Assembly: GCA_963664405.1 (NCBI GenBank) | Contig: OY761158.1 | Coordinates: 192,001-256,000, forward strand | From: Thermoanaerobaculia bacterium | Lineage (GTDB): Bacteria; Acidobacteriota; Thermoanaerobaculia; Multivoradales; Multivoraceae | Direction: 5' to 3' | Length of the DNA: 64,000 nt | In this document: piece by piece, positions 28,450 to 38,160 of the stretch | How positions within the stretch are numbered: the stretch's first letter is position 1 | How the letters are laid out: every line of letters starts with the position of its first letter | Made by a program: the position numbers and the translations under genes | The notes under the pieces: generated by a model | Seen by the model: only the letters and a program-made list of their open reading frames with translations | Told to the model about the DNA's origin: nothing | Database searches by the model: none

Positions 28450-29235
28450 TCACCTCCACCGTAAGAGCCATGCTTCGAGCTTGCCGATCAGCGAGCTGAT
28501 GACAAGCCCCATCAGCGAGAGCACCAACACTCCGGCAAGAAGCCGATCGGTCTGCAAGAGGTGCCCGGCGGTGAGGATCAGCGCGCCAACCCCTCGCTCG
28601 GCACCGATCATTTCCGCCGCCACAACCAGAATCAGCGCGATTGAGGCTGAGATGCGAGCCCCGGAGAGGATGCCGGGAAGGGCCCCTGGCACCAAGATCT
28701 TGCGAACGATTGCCGAAGGCGGCAGCTCGAAAGCCTGGCCCATCCTGACCAGATTGCGTGGAACGGAGTCCACCGCACCGTAGGTGCTCACTGCAGTCGG
28801 GAAGAAGACTCCAAAGGCGATGGTCGCCACTTTGGAAGCCTCGCCGATGCCGAACCAAAGGATGAACAGAGGGAGAAGGGCAATCTTGGGGATCGGAAAG
28901 AGCGCCGAGACGAGCGGCAGGCCAACTGATCGCGACAAGGTGAAGATACCCATGGCCAGTCCGAGAGCGAGCCCTCCGGCGAATCCGAGAGTCCATCCTA
29001 CCGCGATGCGGCCAAGAGAAGCGGCCAGATGGCCCCAGATCTCCCCAGTCTGGACCAGCTCATAAAGAGAGCTCCCAACTCGAAGAGGACTGGGGAAGGA
29101 GAGCTCACTGACCAGGCCGAGCGCACTGCTTGCCTGCCAGCCGACGAGAAGAATGAGAAGGAAAGCCCAGGAGATGAGCGGCTTCGACTGCGGGAGGAAG
29201 CCGCCGCCACGAAAAAGCAGGCGGTGTACAGTCAA
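28450..29235 (-). CDS. NitT/TauT (SsuC/TauC-like) ABC permease
   Basis: FPSP, PIPKIALLPLFILWFGIGE, VVAAEMIGA..G.G; TTG start with GGAG. Confidence 0.9.
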   Translation of the reverse strand: MTVHRLLFRGGGFLPQSKPLISWAFLLILLVGWQASSALGLVSELSFPSPLRVGSSLYELVQTGEIWGHLAASLGRIAVGWTLGFAGGLALGLAMGIFTLSRSVGLPLVSALFPIPKIALLPLFILWFGIGEASKVATIAFGVFFPTAVSTYGAVDSVPRNLVRMGQAFELPPSAIVRKILVPGALPGILSGARISASIALILVVAAEMIGAERGVGALILTAGHLLQTDRLLAGVLVLSLMGLVISSLIGKLEAWLLRWR

Positions 29236-29257
29236 TCGACGACTCCGGTTGACAGGG

Positions 29258-29869
29258 TCACCCGACGACCTCCCTGTTGGCGTCGACGGCCTCGTCGCGC
29301 AGCAATGCCCACAGCGACTCTTCGATCTCTCGCAGCTCGGCTCTCTCACCGGCTCGCGCCGAGCGCGGGATGTCGACCGGAATCCTGGCGCGAATGCGTG
29401 CCGGCCTCCCTTCGAGCGCTCGGGTGGAGGTGAACAACGCACCCACCTGCCAGGGTGTCTCCTGATGCACCCATCCCAGGATCTCTGCAGCACCGTCTCC
29501 GACCAGCGCCTTAGCAAGATGTGCCGGTAGCAGGGCTGCGTCGATACTGCCGCCGCGCAGCGCAGCGACCATATTGCTCACCGACTCGAGAGTGAGCAAT
29601 ACGACACTCTCGAGCTCGAAACCGCGCTTCTCGGCCAGAAACACCGGCGCCGACGACACGAATGGGAGTACCGCCACGACGACCTGGCTGCCTTGGTCTG
29701 TAGTCTCCGAGCGCCCGCAAGCCAGGACCGCCGCCAGCAAGCAGGCTCCAAGCGCCTGCCGACGCCGGAGGCTAGCCCCGGAAAACGGGCCTGCGGCCCG
29801 TTTTCCGGCCCATCCCCCCCTAAGAACTACTCGCCTGTCCGAATTCTCGGACACGCTCCTAGAGATCAT
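29258..29869 (-). pseudogene. Collapsed NitT/TauT SBP fragments fused to an ATPase C-terminal tail, with an in-frame repeat insertion
   Basis: Lipobox VLAC; 'SSAPVFLAEKRGF' jumps to 'ALRGGSIDAA'; ends 'RPARIRARIPVDIPR...LWALLRDEA'; no Walker motifs. Confidence 0.7.
29772..29862 (-). mobile_element. Repeat family B copy 1 (91 bp, CTAG at both ends)
   Basis: Reverse complement of 41496-41586 with 2 mismatches; two internal hairpins and a G7 run. Confidence 0.85.
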
Positions 29870-30488
29870 AGAAGCGCTCGTCGTGCCGGTCGACCAACGG
29901 CGCTCCCACAACATCGAGGAACGTTCCGACCATGCGATAGGTCAGCCCCCAGACGATGTGGCGATCGGGTCTTCCAACGAGAATCCCGGGGAAACTCTCT
30001 ACCGCATCCTCCAACTCGTACTGTACGCGGCTGGCCGGATCCGTGAGCGTAACGGCGGGCACCCAAAGCGCCTCTTCGACCTCTTGGCTGAGCTCGAGAG
30101 CCGGGGCCTTAGCCAGATAGTAAACATAGGCAGCGATGAAAGAGGCGGTGGAGTCACCGAATCGGCGCCCGCCCTGATCGTCGAGGCGGCCAAGCAGCTC
30201 GGCGCCGCCAAGATCGATCCCGACTTCTTCGCTGGTCTCTCTCTCAGCGGTATCTCGTAGGTCGCGGTCGGACTCTTCGACCCTCCCTCCAGGGAAAGCC
30301 ATCTGACCGGACCAGCGATCGCCTTCGCGTCGCGCCCGCTCGATGAACAAGACCTCCGGATCACTGCGCGCCCCGGTCAGAATCATGGCAACTGAGGCGA
30401 AGGGCATCTCGGGACCGCTCACCAGCTGCGGCCGGTGAACGCTGAGGGCACCGCGTACGTTGTCCACGTGGATCAATGGAGGGCTCAT
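29859..30488 (-). CDS. Nudix CoA pyrophosphatase
   Basis: SGQMAFPGG......D...TAERETSEEVG; IVWGLT. Confidence 0.9.
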   Translation of the reverse strand: MSPPLIHVDNVRGALSVHRPQLVSGPEMPFASVAMILTGARSDPEVLFIERARREGDRWSGQMAFPGGRVEESDRDLRDTAERETSEEVGIDLGGAELLGRLDDQGGRRFGDSTASFIAAYVYYLAKAPALELSQEVEEALWVPAVTLTDPASRVQYELEDAVESFPGILVGRPDRHIVWGLTYRMVGTFLDVVGAPLVDRHDERFYDL

Positions 30489-30524
30489 CTCTAGAGCTCT
30501 GAGCTTGCGCGACGGCTAGGCCGA

Positions 30525-31652
30525 CTAGACAAGTTCCTGAATGTACTTCTCCCTTGCCAGCCGCCAAAACACGACGAGGAACGCTGTCAGGGGAATCGCC
30601 AGGATCATGCCAAGGATCCCCCCCAGAGCACTACCCCAGAAGAAGATCGAGACCATGATGACCATCGGGTGTAGTCCGGTCTGCTCCCCCATGATGCGAG
30701 GAGTCAATAGATACCCTTCGATCAATTGGACTACAGCGAAGACGGCGACTACGGCGACCAGTGTTGTCCAGCCTCCCTGCTCCTGAAAGAAGGCGAGCGG
30801 GAGACACACAGCCAAACCGATCATGCTTCCTAGATAGGGAACGACATTGAGAAAACCGAGGACCAAGCCGAGAATAAAGCCGTACCGCAGGCCAGCGATC
30901 CCAAAGCCGAGCGCAAAAAGAAGCCCCTGGAGGAGCGCCACGAGCATCTGGCCGCGAAAAAACGAAACGATGATAGAGATGAATTCCTTCACCAGGTAGA
31001 CCACATCTTCCCGCGTCTCTGGCTTGAGAAAAGGGAGAGCGTTGTCGGCGAGTCTGCCTGGCGGGCGCATCATCAAGAAGAAGGCGAAATACACCGGGAG
31101 CACGGCCCAGCTGAACAGCTCTCCCACCGCCCGCATCACCTTGGCCCCGGCCGACACGGCCCCCCCTCCAAAAGTCTGGAGTCCGGATACGAGTGAGCTC
31201 ACTTGGCCCTCGAGAGCTGAACGAAGCCTCGCCTCGAGCCCGTAGCGCTCCCAGATCTCTGTCGCCAGGGGGATCCTCTCGAAGGCCCACGCCTTGGTCG
31301 AAGCGAACCACTCCGGGAGCCTACTGAAGAGCTCCTGTGCCTGAGAGGCAAGCACGGCTCCGAAGAAGGACAGCAGCAAGATCACCGGCAGAAGCAGCGA
31401 CGCGAAGACGAGGATCACTGCGAGCGCAGGTCTCAGTTTGAGCCGAGTCAGGAACCAGGCGTAGTAGGGCTTCACGACCAACGCAAGCACCCCAGCCACC
31501 GCCAAGGGTAGGAAGACCGAAGAGAAGGCCCTCAGGAACAGGCTGACGAGAAATGCGAGCGCCAGTAAAGCCGACACGATGACGCCCACCGAAAGTATCG
31601 TCACCGCTGCGACGATCGAGGTCTGCTGCCGGGTGCTGAACTCGAGAGGCAT
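30525..31652 (-). CDS. AI-2E (PerM) family transporter
   Basis: FFRGQ, VPYLG, QLIEGYLLTPRIMG...LHP, GMILAIP. Confidence 0.9.
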   Translation of the reverse strand: MPLEFSTRQQTSIVAAVTILSVGVIVSALLALAFLVSLFLRAFSSVFLPLAVAGVLALVVKPYYAWFLTRLKLRPALAVILVFASLLLPVILLLSFFGAVLASQAQELFSRLPEWFASTKAWAFERIPLATEIWERYGLEARLRSALEGQVSSLVSGLQTFGGGAVSAGAKVMRAVGELFSWAVLPVYFAFFLMMRPPGRLADNALPFLKPETREDVVYLVKEFISIIVSFFRGQMLVALLQGLLFALGFGIAGLRYGFILGLVLGFLNVVPYLGSMIGLAVCLPLAFFQEQGGWTTLVAVVAVFAVVQLIEGYLLTPRIMGEQTGLHPMVIMVSIFFWGSALGGILGMILAIPLTAFLVVFWRLAREKYIQELV

Positions 31653-31832
31653 CGGTAAAAGGTCCCGTGAGGGTCGACGCCTGGGAAGGCGAGGGGCGTA
31701 AAGCCAGTGAATAGTCTAGCAAAGGCGGGCGATCATATTGTGGTAATCTCTTGCCACGCACGCCTTTCTATAGGCACCAATTCCTGAAACTCCTTTCCTT
31801 TCCTACCCTCTGAGGCCGGCGCCTTGCAAGAA

Positions 31833-33203
31833 ATGACCGATATCTCCGCCCAGTCAGACCCCGAGGGAGACACTCCCGTGCAAAGCGGACCGGACGAGTC
31901 GCAAGAGGCCCCTCGAGCCTCCTCGCCCGATCCCGAGGACGCTTCTACTGCTGAGGCCACTCCACCGCCGAGCTCTGAAGACGCGACACAAACAGCTCCC
32001 GAAGCGCCCGAGCCGGCGCCGACCGAAGAGCGCGAACCGCCGACAGCGCGACAGCTTGCGTTCGCCCGCGTCGTCGAAGCCCAGAAGGAGAAGACTCCGG
32101 TCGAGGGAAAGGTCATCGGCTGGAACCGCGGCGGTTTTCATATCAGCCTCGACGGACTGGCGGCTTTCTGCCCTCGCTCGATGATGGAGATCGGCAACCC
32201 GCGCAATCCCGCCGACTACCTCGACCAGACCTTCGCCTTCCGAGTCGCCGAAGTCGACACCAAAGCGCGTCGCGTCGTGGTGTCACGTCAGGAGGTCCTC
32301 CAGCAGGAACGCGAGACCGAGCGCAAAGAAGTACGCGACCGCCTCCAGCTCCATGCAACGGTCGAAGGTCGTATTGATTCATTGGCAGACTTTGGCGCCT
32401 TCGTCGCACTCGGTGGCGGTATCAAGGGTCTCATCCATCTGTCCGAGATCAGCCGCAAGAGGATCGATCATCCGAAAGAGGCACTCAAGGTCGGCGACGA
32501 GATTCAAGCGAAAGTGATCAAGCTCGAAAAGGGCGGCGACCGCGTCTCACTGTCTCTGCGCGAGTTGGAGCCCGACCCGTGGGAAGGCCTCGACCAAAAG
32601 TTCGCCCGCGCCGCAACCTTTACAGGCACCATCACACGGCACAGCGATTTTGGTCTCTTCGTAGAAGTGCTCGATGGTATCGAGGGCCTGATGCACTCCA
32701 GCCAGCTAGCCATCGGCAAGTCCATGAGCGACGCCAGCCTCGCCGAAGGCGAGACAATCGAGGGCTGGGTGAGGGAGATCGAGCCCTCTCGCCACCGTCT
32801 ATCCCTCACCATGCGTGAAGTACCAGAGGGCGATCCCTGGGAAGGAATTTCAAAACGCTACGAAGAAGGCAGCGCCATCGAAGGCAAAGTCGAGCAGGCC
32901 GCACGTTTCGGCTTCTTCGTAGAGCTCGAGCCGGGCCTCACCGGCCTACTGCCCTTCTCCGCGGTGTCCGCACCCCAAGGCCGTCGCAAAGAACAGGCGT
33001 ATCGTGCCGGCCAGAAGATCTCGGTCCAGATCATGGAGCTCGACGCCAAGCGCAAGCGAATCTCGTTGGGGCTCGTAGGCTCAGCCGCCGAAGGCACCTC
33101 CTCCGACATTCGCAGCTATCAAAAAGACCAGCGAGGCCCGGAGTCCACCGGTATGGGAGCCCTCGCCGCAGCTTTCGAGAAGCTCAAACAGAATAGCTCT
33201 TGA
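31833..33203 (+). CDS. S1-domain RNA-binding protein (four S1 repeats, rpsA-like paralog)
   Basis: Repeated FG.FV.L...GL.H.S and 'DPW' linkers; acidic Pro-rich N-terminus; C-terminal MGALAAAF. Confidence 0.88.
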   Translation: MTDISAQSDPEGDTPVQSGPDESQEAPRASSPDPEDASTAEATPPPSSEDATQTAPEAPEPAPTEEREPPTARQLAFARVVEAQKEKTPVEGKVIGWNRGGFHISLDGLAAFCPRSMMEIGNPRNPADYLDQTFAFRVAEVDTKARRVVVSRQEVLQQERETERKEVRDRLQLHATVEGRIDSLADFGAFVALGGGIKGLIHLSEISRKRIDHPKEALKVGDEIQAKVIKLEKGGDRVSLSLRELEPDPWEGLDQKFARAATFTGTITRHSDFGLFVEVLDGIEGLMHSSQLAIGKSMSDASLAEGETIEGWVREIEPSRHRLSLTMREVPEGDPWEGISKRYEEGSAIEGKVEQAARFGFFVELEPGLTGLLPFSAVSAPQGRRKEQAYRAGQKISVQIMELDAKRKRISLGLVGSAAEGTSSDIRSYQKDQRGPESTGMGALAAAFEKLKQNSS

Positions 33204-34440
33204 GGTCGAGGCACCGCTCCGGAACGAGTGCGAGCAGGCCGAACAATAGAGCTCCGAGAACGGCGACCATCGAGGTCGTCAGCCCGAGCAGGAACGGATT
33301 CTCGGCCGTCCAGCCATAACTCTCGACATAGGCGCCGAAGCCGAGACTCTGGGAGCGCGTCATCAGCGTCCCGCCCAGGACCCAGAGAGGAAGCCACCGG
33401 TAGGCCCGCCCTCGAATGAGCGCCGAACCGAGCAGCGCCAGCGCCGGGAAAGCGAACATCATCTGATAGTGGTACCAGCCAATCGGCGAGGCCAGGGGTG
33501 CCAGAGCGAGTAGAGCGAGGGCGAGGCGCAACCCTTCGATCTGACGGAAGAAGAGCAAGCCGGCTCCGAAGACGAGCACGGCGGCCGAGACCGCTACCGA
33601 GAGCAAGCGCTTCTGCGGGGCGAGCTCCAAGCTGTCGGGGTTATTGCCGGCTCGCCAGTCGAACGGCAGCTCGGCCCCGGCATCGGGCCAATCAGCGAAG
33701 CGAAGGGCTACCGAGGGCAGGGAGAAGCTGAGAGGGGCGGGCGTTCCCATCCAATAGCTCGAGGTCGTCGGTATCTTGGGCGGGCGCAAGGAGAGCGCCG
33801 GCACGACGATCAGGATCAAGGCGACCGCGACTCCGATCAGCGTCGCCCTTAGGCGGCGGGCGCGGATGTGCGGCAGCAGAAGAAGGATCGGCCACAGCTT
33901 GAGCCCGGTGGCGATGCCGATCCACAGCGCCGAACGACCAGGGTGACGATCAAGATCAACCAGGGCCCCAGCGATCAACGCAAGCATCAGCGGGTGAATC
34001 TGACCGAGCACCAAGTTCTCCTGAGTAGTCCCAGCGAAGCAAAAGACCAAGCCGGTCCCGACCAGCGCCGCGAGATCTCGACCACATAGGCGAAAGATCA
34101 GCACTGCCGCCCAGATCAGTGCCACCCAGTTGACCGCGAGCCAGAACTGACGAGCCTGAAGCATCTCGAGACCGGCGAGCGGCAATACCAGGTAGGCGAC
34201 CAGCGCCGGGTAGTCGAACTGGCCGACTACGTAGGGTGAGCCGCCCTCGGAGAGCGAGACTGCCGCACGGTGGTAGTTCGAGAAATCTCCCTCGGTCTGC
34301 GGCAAGTAGCGCAAAGGAGTGAACAGGTTGAGATACAGGAATGGCAGCAGAAAAAGAGCCGCGACAGCGGCGAGCGAGAGGCGAAGCGGCTGGTGGCTCG
34401 ACTCCCCACCCGGGGTTGGAGATTGCGGTTTTCTCGACAC
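33184..34440 (-). CDS. GT87 (DUF2029) membrane glycosyltransferase
   Basis: GDF..Y..A, PY....F.YP, GQ, KLWP, SP.GW.HY; start uncertain. Confidence 0.8.
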   Translation of the reverse strand: MSRKPQSPTPGGESSHQPLRLSLAAVAALFLLPFLYLNLFTPLRYLPQTEGDFSNYHRAAVSLSEGGSPYVVGQFDYPALVAYLVLPLAGLEMLQARQFWLAVNWVALIWAAVLIFRLCGRDLAALVGTGLVFCFAGTTQENLVLGQIHPLMLALIAGALVDLDRHPGRSALWIGIATGLKLWPILLLLPHIRARRLRATLIGVAVALILIVVPALSLRPPKIPTTSSYWMGTPAPLSFSLPSVALRFADWPDAGAELPFDWRAGNNPDSLELAPQKRLLSVAVSAAVLVFGAGLLFFRQIEGLRLALALLALAPLASPIGWYHYQMMFAFPALALLGSALIRGRAYRWLPLWVLGGTLMTRSQSLGFGAYVESYGWTAENPFLLGLTTSMVAVLGALLFGLLALVPERCLDLKSYSV

Positions 34441-34585
34441 TGGCAGTGAATCAGACTTGAGCGCGGGGCGGCGAAGAGATCTTATCTTCAGACCTGCGCC
34501 CAATCCGAACCTACACGCCACAGTACAATCGGAGCCACCCCTTGCGTACCGGGCACTGTCAGAGTCGTCTACCGATCGGCCAGCC

Positions 34586-35902
34586 ATGAGAACGAGCGTC
34601 AGCCGGTCGACCCTGCAGAATCTGAAGCGGGTCGTTCTTCTCCTCGTCACAGTCCTCTTCGTCCACCTTCTCTATCGCCACCTCGTCGAGGCGCGGATGG
34701 TGACTCTGCTCCTCATGACCGTGCCGGAGGTCCCGGGTGAGCTCGAGCCGTGGCGAGTGCAGAGCATCTTCGAGAGAGTGGCGAAGGTGTGGCATTGGCG
34801 TCTATTGCTGGTGCTCATGGTCTTCTTCTCCGGGCTTGCGCTCGTCATCCGGGTGCGGCGGCGATGGGGCGATAAACGTGCAGCTACCTGCCTCGGCGCG
34901 TTGGCGACCCTTGGCCTCTGGCTTGGCATCGAGCTGTTGGCGGCGCCCTTTCTCCTCAAACCACTCGATCTCTACAACTACTACTTCGTCTACGACGTCG
35001 ATCACTGGCCACCACCCCGCCATGCAGGCATCGACACCAACGCCGATCGAGTTCGCGGCGAGTTCGGCGGATCCCCCTTTCGCGAGGAAGACGTGAATCT
35101 TCTCTTTCTCGGCGACTCCTTCACTTTCGGCTTCGGCCTCGAGAGCGCCGATCGTGCGTTCCCTGCCCTCGTAGCCGAGGAGCTCTCGTCGAGCTCCGTA
35201 ACGATGCGAAGCGCCAACTTCGCGTGGACTTCGGCATCCCCGATATTGGCCCTGCGTCGGCTCGAAGAGATCGGTGAGCGCTACCACCCCGACCTCGTTC
35301 TCTACTGCTTCGACATGACCGACTTTCACGACGATCTGCGCTACGGAGCCCAGCTCGATAGACGCGGCATCTACTGGTTCTATGCAAAGGTGCCGATCCT
35401 CCTCTCAGCCCTCCAGAAGCACGTCCCCGCCCTCTTCGATGGTCTCTACGGAGCCCTCAACAACCTCCCTCGAGACCGCTACTTTCACAGCGCCCAGCCC
35501 CTGGAGCGATCCCGCCAGGACATGCAGACAGCGATCGACGGTGTCGACGAGATGGCCGAATGGGCCCGGGCCCGAAACCTTCCTTTCGTTCTCTTCGTCC
35601 TACCGAGGACCTATCAATACAGTGCGAGAGAGTCGCCCAAGAATCGGGAGGCTACCTTCTACCGTGTGCTCGGCCCCCACAGCCTGGAGCCCTTCCGCTT
35701 CTTCGACGAAATCGCAAAGACCCGGGAGTACCCGATGCACTCTCTGCTCGCCGCCTTTCAAGAGACGGCCGAATTCCCCACCGCCTTCGAGGACGATCCG
35801 CATTGGAACGAGGCCGGACATCGCGTCGCGGCGGAAGCGATGGTCCATGCCTTGCTGAGCGAGCCGACGATCAGGCCGCTTCTCGAGCCCGACGCTCCCT
35901 GA
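34586..35902 (+). CDS. Membrane-anchored SGNH/GDSL protein
   Basis: Three N-terminal TMs; LGDSFTFG; DDPHWNEAGH. Confidence 0.8.
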   Translation: MRTSVSRSTLQNLKRVVLLLVTVLFVHLLYRHLVEARMVTLLLMTVPEVPGELEPWRVQSIFERVAKVWHWRLLLVLMVFFSGLALVIRVRRRWGDKRAATCLGALATLGLWLGIELLAAPFLLKPLDLYNYYFVYDVDHWPPPRHAGIDTNADRVRGEFGGSPFREEDVNLLFLGDSFTFGFGLESADRAFPALVAEELSSSSVTMRSANFAWTSASPILALRRLEEIGERYHPDLVLYCFDMTDFHDDLRYGAQLDRRGIYWFYAKVPILLSALQKHVPALFDGLYGALNNLPRDRYFHSAQPLERSRQDMQTAIDGVDEMAEWARARNLPFVLFVLPRTYQYSARESPKNREATFYRVLGPHSLEPFRFFDEIAKTREYPMHSLLAAFQETAEFPTAFEDDPHWNEAGHRVAAEAMVHALLSEPTIRPLLEPDAP

Positions 35903-38072
35903 GACCCCGAAGCCACGCCAGAAGAATCGAGCCAGCGCCCAGCAGACTCAGTAGGCTCCCGGCAATGATCCCTGGCGGGCGATAAATGAGTGTGACTCGC
36001 TCCGTTTCTTCGCTAACCGGGATCCCGAGAAGAACACCGTCAATCGGCTCGACCTCAACACCTCGACCGTCGGCTCTCGCCTCCCAGCCTTCATCCCAGG
36101 TTTCGGCAACGATGACCCTTCCCCCACCTCGACCGCGATCGATCGACAGCTCCCAATTGCCCGGATCTCGCCGCACCACCTCGATGCCGGCGGCTCCCCC
36201 ACTCTGCCAGCGGACCAGGGGGTCCGCCCCGTGGCGCTCGAAAATGCGTGCATCGGGGCCGTCGTAGGAGACACTCCAGCCCGGCTCTGGTGCGGCGACG
36301 TCCGGCTCGGCGAGAACCCACCTGACCCCCAATCGGTCTAACCAAGCGCTCCCCCAGGAGGTTATCGGGCGAAAGAAATACGGGCTGTCCGACGCGAAAG
36401 AGCGGTAGACAGCTTCATAGCGCGATGGTTTCAAGGTGTCGTCACCCCGCACATCGTAAAGCTCGTAGACCATCGCAGCGTTGGGCCGAAGGGAGGCGCC
36501 GATGGCGGCGATGCGAGAGTTACGTCCCTCGCCCTCGAGAAAGGAGATGGCGGGGGTCCGCGGGTAGAGCGCCTCCAGATCGAGCGCTGGATTCGTCGCA
36601 TGATGAGCGATTGCAAGCTCCAAGAGCACAGCACAGAGGGATACGCGTATCACCCAGTCGCGGCCAATCCTTCGGGAGCTGAGGGCGGCTAGGACGAGTC
36701 CGGCAAGCACCGCCCATAGAGTCCACCACCCCTGACGTCGAATCAGTCCTGCGGCGTCCCAATCGGCGCTATGACGCGCCCACGCCATCCCCAACGCGAG
36801 CACCACGACCGTCCCCCCTCCCACCAGGCCTCCGCGCCGCCCCGCCGACAACGCTTCGGCGCCCGCTGCCGCAAACAGCCCTAGCCCAAGCGCAACGGCG
36901 AAGAGCAGTCTGTGGTGCAGCATCTGCTGCAGTCCCGGCAGTGCCAAGAGCAGCTCCCGAATTGGCGGCACCTGGTACGCAGCGAGAGCCGAAGCGACGA
37001 GCAGAACCAGCAGGGCACGCCATCGCCGATCTGACCACTTCTGGCGCAGTCCGACAGCGCCAAGGAGCAGAGTGACAACGCCAACAAAGGACGCCGTCGC
37101 GTTGTAGTTGAAGGGACCCCACCAAGTGCCCTGGGCTGGATTCCCGAAGAGGTCCGGGAGCACCAGACGCAGAGGAAGGTCGCTCAGGGTCGCCAGGCTC
37201 AAACGCTCACCTGGCAGCCACTCGCCCCAGCGACTCGATTCGACCACGTTGTAAGCAAGCGGCAAGAGCTGAACGGCCCCGATGAGCACTCCGCTGGCAA
37301 CGCCCCCAAGCCAGGACAGCCACTTCGACCGAGCCTCCCAGGAGGAGCGAAGACCGAGGTAGAGAGCCGTCAACAGGAGGGTATGGACCACGGTTTCCGG
37401 ATGTCCGGACAGCGCCTGCAAGCCCACGACCAAACCCAACCTGCAGATTCTCCCCCTACCTTGTGCACAGCGCTCGGTCTCGACAAAGACCCAAGGGACC
37501 AGGCACAGGGCATTGGCCATGGGAAAGAGAAGAAAGCTCGAAAGCATTCCCGAAAGTGGAAAAGAAAAGCCCGAAATGAGCGCGGCTCGAGGACCGACGC
37601 CGAGCTCACGCGCCAGCCGCCAAGCGCCATAGCCCCCGATCACGATTCGCAACCAGGGCAAGAGAATCAGGCCGAGCTGAAGCGGGAGAGCTGCGAAGAG
37701 GAGATGGAGAGGAAATAGAGGGGCGCTCTGGCCGTTTGCCCAGAAGGGTGCTCCAGAGAACTGGTAGGGATTCCAATACGGAAGACGTCCTCGACGAAGC
37801 TCGCGCCGAAGGTGAAGGAGCCACGGTTGAATCTGAGAGCTGACGTCGACCAGGGTCGGGTTTCCGGAGCGGGCGTCCAAGACCTGTTGCCAAGGCGCTA
37901 CGGCACCTAGCGAGGCGGCAGGGCTCGGCACTCCGTCGGGCTCGGCGAGGATCGGCGCCAGCAGAAGCATGCCGGCGAGGCCTATCAGGCACATCGCCAT
38001 TCCCCGCTCCCGCCCAAACGCGGCCAGGGCTCCTACCGAGAGCAGAAGAAGAACCGGTATGGCGGGGTTCAA
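35871..38072 (-). CDS. YfhO-family GT-C membrane protein
   Basis: LPYWNPY..SGAP, GHPE, C-terminal ETWDEGW.A..DG and YRP. Confidence 0.85.
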   Translation of the reverse strand: MNPAIPVLLLLSVGALAAFGRERGMAMCLIGLAGMLLLAPILAEPDGVPSPAASLGAVAPWQQVLDARSGNPTLVDVSSQIQPWLLHLRRELRRGRLPYWNPYQFSGAPFWANGQSAPLFPLHLLFAALPLQLGLILLPWLRIVIGGYGAWRLARELGVGPRAALISGFSFPLSGMLSSFLLFPMANALCLVPWVFVETERCAQGRGRICRLGLVVGLQALSGHPETVVHTLLLTALYLGLRSSWEARSKWLSWLGGVASGVLIGAVQLLPLAYNVVESSRWGEWLPGERLSLATLSDLPLRLVLPDLFGNPAQGTWWGPFNYNATASFVGVVTLLLGAVGLRQKWSDRRWRALLVLLVASALAAYQVPPIRELLLALPGLQQMLHHRLLFAVALGLGLFAAAGAEALSAGRRGGLVGGGTVVVLALGMAWARHSADWDAAGLIRRQGWWTLWAVLAGLVLAALSSRRIGRDWVIRVSLCAVLLELAIAHHATNPALDLEALYPRTPAISFLEGEGRNSRIAAIGASLRPNAAMVYELYDVRGDDTLKPSRYEAVYRSFASDSPYFFRPITSWGSAWLDRLGVRWVLAEPDVAAPEPGWSVSYDGPDARIFERHGADPLVRWQSGGAAGIEVVRRDPGNWELSIDRGRGGGRVIVAETWDEGWEARADGRGVEVEPIDGVLLGIPVSEETERVTLIYRPPGIIAGSLLSLLGAGSILLAWLRGLRERRAREAA

Positions 38073-38101
38073 GGGGTGCTACAGATCGAGAAGGGCCCTG
38101 C

Positions 38102-38130
38102 TTGACGGCGTCCGAACGCCTCCGTAGTGT
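38102..38130 (+). promoter_or_regulatory. Sigma70 promoter TTGACG-N17-TAGTGT
   Basis: Near-consensus boxes, 17-bp spacer, upstream of 38161. Confidence 0.55.
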
Positions 38131-38160
38131 ATTCCAATCTCTGCCCACCTCCCCTCCTCG

